From Candidatus Poribacteria bacterium (GTDB lineage Bacteria; Poribacteria; WGA-4E; UBA9662): a DNA stretch of 64,000 nucleotides. Positions 61,903-64,000 of this stretch are shown here, piece by piece (position 1 is the first letter of the stretch; each line of letters opens with the position of its first letter). The notes below the pieces were generated by a model. That model was given only the letters and a program-made list of their open reading frames with translations, had not been told where the DNA came from and did no database searches. The DNA is taken from positions 116,980 through 180,979 of the forward strand of contig PAQF01000078.1 of NCBI GenBank assembly GCA_002709695.1. Reading direction: 5' to 3'. Position numbers and translations under genes: made by a program.

Positions 61903-62940
61903 TTACGGCCTTGCCGTTGCTGCTCCCATTGGATAAGGGCCATTGGTCAGAGGGTTCAAGCGAGCATGATCATAGACGGCATCTTGGATTTCCAAGACAC
62001 GGACGGCATCGAGGATATTTGTCTCGGGTACTTTACCTTCTTGAATAGCGCATAATCCTTCGTTAATTACGTTTCGCATGCGTTCACCATGTCCTAAGTC
62101 TTCTTCAAATTCTGTTCCTGTAGAGGTGTTAATTTCAATAAGAGGTTCACCTTTCTTACCATAGAAAGCGAACACTGAAGCCTTACTTCCGATGAAGCGG
62201 AAAAAGTGGTCACCACTGCGTCCTCCCTCAGAAGGGAAAGTGTAGCCAGATTCGATGATACCAGTAACACCATCATCACTACGTAACATTCCCACAGCAC
62301 TATCCTCTATTTTTCGTCCATACATAGAATTGGACATAATAGCTCCCACCACAGTTATCTGGTTTTCACCAACAAATTGCAGGTAAGTATCAATGCCATG
62401 GGCCCCCTCGGTTGCCCAACTCCCTCCACCAGATATTGCTGGGATGTTGTGCCAAGCGGATGGTGTGGGGTCGTAGCGCGTCGGCGATCCGTTGTTTAGC
62501 CGGCTGTTGTAGAGGACTAATTTACCTAAACTGCCGTCAGCAAACATCTTCTTAATTATCGCTACAATCTTGCTAGCACGGTTAGGCAAGGTCAAGGTGC
62601 TGAAAACACCATGCTTTTCGGAAGCCTCGGCTACTGGTCTGAGGCGAGCGGCGCAATCTGCGAATGGTTTATCGACCAAGTAAGGAATACGCCGGTCTAC
62701 ACAGGCCTGAATATGAGATGGTATCTTTATATGTTTTCCTGTGATGAGAGCTGCGTCCGGGCTAACGGTATCTAAGCATGTCCCTACTGTATCAAAACCG
62801 GGGCAACCGAATTCCTTCTCCAATTGAGTGCGCGCATCTTCATCTGTATCCATGACACCGATTATCTCATGACCGAGACTATACCCAATTCGACCTATAC
62901 TTCGTCCATGGTGGCTATAAGAAATGACTACTAGCTTCAT
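61903..62940 (-). CDS. Gfo/Idh/MocA family oxidoreductase
   Basis: SHHG, VDKPF, SGGG...EGAHGID, IEDSA. Confidence 0.87.
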   Translation of the reverse strand: MKLVVISYSHHGRSIGRIGYSLGHEIIGVMDTDEDARTQLEKEFGCPGFDTVGTCLDTVSPDAALITGKHIKIPSHIQACVDRRIPYLVDKPFADCAARLRPVAEASEKHGVFSTLTLPNRASKIVAIIKKMFADGSLGKLVLYNSRLNNGSPTRYDPTPSAWHNIPAISGGGSWATEGAHGIDTYLQFVGENQITVVGAIMSNSMYGRKIEDSAVGMLRSDDGVTGIIESGYTFPSEGGRSGDHFFRFIGSKASVFAFYGKKGEPLIEINTSTGTEFEEDLGHGERMRNVINEGLCAIQEGKVPETNILDAVRVLEIQDAVYDHARLNPLTNGPYPMGAATARP

Positions 62941-62983
62941 TAATATACCTCACTATAATATTTGTGATATGCAGGGCCAAAGG

Positions 62984-63021
62984 ATTTTCAGATAGAACAT
63001 AATTCACAACTATCTGAAAAT
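62984..63021. repeat. 12-bp perfect inverted repeat upstream of the gene starting at 62940
   Basis: ATTTTCAGATAG-N14-CTATCTGAAAAT. Confidence 0.7.
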
Positions 63022-63163
63022 TCGGTGAGTGGAGCATATCATCCAACGAATGCCCCGATCTTGTATTCTCGAATGTCAAATTCTCGTTGTTCTTGAAAGG
63101 GGAAATCTTACTGCAACAAGCACAAGTGATTACGAATCTGTTACCATACGATCATCTATTTAA

Positions 63164-64000
63164 TTATGTTATGCCTTCTTCTCGGCGCCAGCGTTCGAGT
63201 GGGTGCTCTCGGATTTCCAGTGGAGCGTAGACCCTTTCCTTACGTCGGTGTGATTCCCAAGTTAGGTTGATCATTTCCATACTGGCGACTCCTCCTCGCC
63301 CACTTGCAATTGGATCACGATCCTCTTCAATTGCATTTATTAGATCCCTGATCATTAAACGTTGGAGGTACAATCTTCCTCTGTTTTTACGGGGTTGTCC
63401 CTTTTCGTCATTGTCCTCTTCTTCTATGTAAACTTGCTCCCAGTTTTGTTGGGGGAGGTGACGTTGTCCTCGGTGGATGAACATTGTTGTGCCAACACTT
63501 TCTCGAATAGCGATGCGACCTTCAGTACCAATGAGGTCAATGCCGTATCCTTTATCGTCTCCTTGTGTTTCAGCGAGGAAAGCTGCCTCAGCATGGATAC
63601 CACTCTTGAATCGGAAGGAAGCGAAGCAACGCTCACCTAACACTAGGCCATCGCTATAGTCCTTCGGGTTCATTTCTTGTGCATCCTTTATATCATAAAC
63701 AGTAGATTCTTGGCCGTTAAGCTGGAGTAAGTGGGCGTGCACCCACTCGACGTCGCCAGCAAAGAGTCGCATCCAATCATAAAGATGGGTTCCCATTCCT
63801 ATTAAAGCATTACCTGACTTCCGTCCTCCCTTGTCGATGGCTTTGAGGTGTATGAGTTGGCCAATTTCCCCTTTTGTTATTAGGTCAAGAACAAGGTTAT
63901 TATAGAGACTGACACGCTTTATGTGGTTAATGGCTAGTTTGACCTTGTATGTGTCGCAAACTTGAACCATCTCATCAGCTTGAACTAAGTTGCGAGCCAG
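63164..64000 (-). CDS. Gfo/Idh/MocA family oxidoreductase, 5' end off window
   Basis: Frame open to 64000 (LARNLVQADEMV...); KGGRKSG...GMGTH, IGTEG, REHPLERW. Confidence 0.88.
   Translation of the reverse strand: MARNLVQADEMVQVCDTYKVKLAINHIKRVSLYNNLVLDLITKGEIGQLIHLKAIDKGGRKSGNALIGMGTHLYDWMRLFAGDVEWVHAHLLQLNGQESTVYDIKDAQEMNPKDYSDGLVLGERCFASFRFKSGIHAEAAFLAETQGDDKGYGIDLIGTEGRIAIRESVGTTMFIHRGQRHLPQQNWEQVYIEEEDNDEKGQPRKNRGRLYLQRLMIRDLINAIEEDRDPIASGRGGVASMEMINLTWESHRRKERVYAPLEIREHPLERWRREEGIT

Noticed and set aside
36300-63160. Integron cassette array explaining the single-gene units
   Set aside because: No integrase, mixed orientations and no repeated attC; GCCCAAC...GTTGGGT near 61673-61710 is too short.
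327-63659. Many 60-156 aa ORFs overlapping larger genes (for example 38723-39190, 44162-44632, 50952-51287)
   Set aside because: Shadow frames of well-supported CDSs with no recognisable motifs.
1-64000. tRNA, rRNA, CRISPR array, prophage or defence genes
   Set aside because: No cloverleaf, repeat-spacer periodicity or relevant protein motifs found by eye; a covariance-model scan would be needed to exclude small RNAs.

Overview
A bacterial chromosomal segment, AT-rich by eye (about 40% GC), with about 48 intact or edge-truncated CDSs, two pseudogenes, and no recognisable tRNA, rRNA, CRISPR array or intact transposase. Seven PhyH-type Fe(II)/2OG dioxygenases, five Gfo/Idh/MocA oxidoreductases, a sulfatase, a GH95 fucosidase and a LamG remnant suggest Candidatus Poribacteria, probably a low-GC pelagic lineage (inference). 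The first 36 kb is gene-dense. It holds a probable zinc-starvation operon (variant HisI, FmdB zinc ribbon, two COG0523 GTPases, WD40), a reverse run mtnP-TIM barrel-cysM-DUF1015-cinA-infA-J-domain protein, a catabolic cluster, a stand-alone zinc-free rpsD, and a reverse run iscS-(heme c/Cu-monooxygenase fusion)-apbC then glcD-X-glcE-NUDIX-dsbD-TPR. The last 28 kb is a loose array of mostly single-gene catabolic units separated by long AT-rich spacers. Most notable: a lipoprotein fusing a CxxCH cytochrome c domain to a PHM/DBH-like binuclear copper monooxygenase inside an Fe-S gene set; a DUF1015 plus CysM pair that may form a free-serine-kinase route to cysteine; an IF-1 with a 50-residue polybasic N-terminal extension; and a recurring zinc-sparing signature. 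All family calls come from motifs read by eye; no database searches were run.
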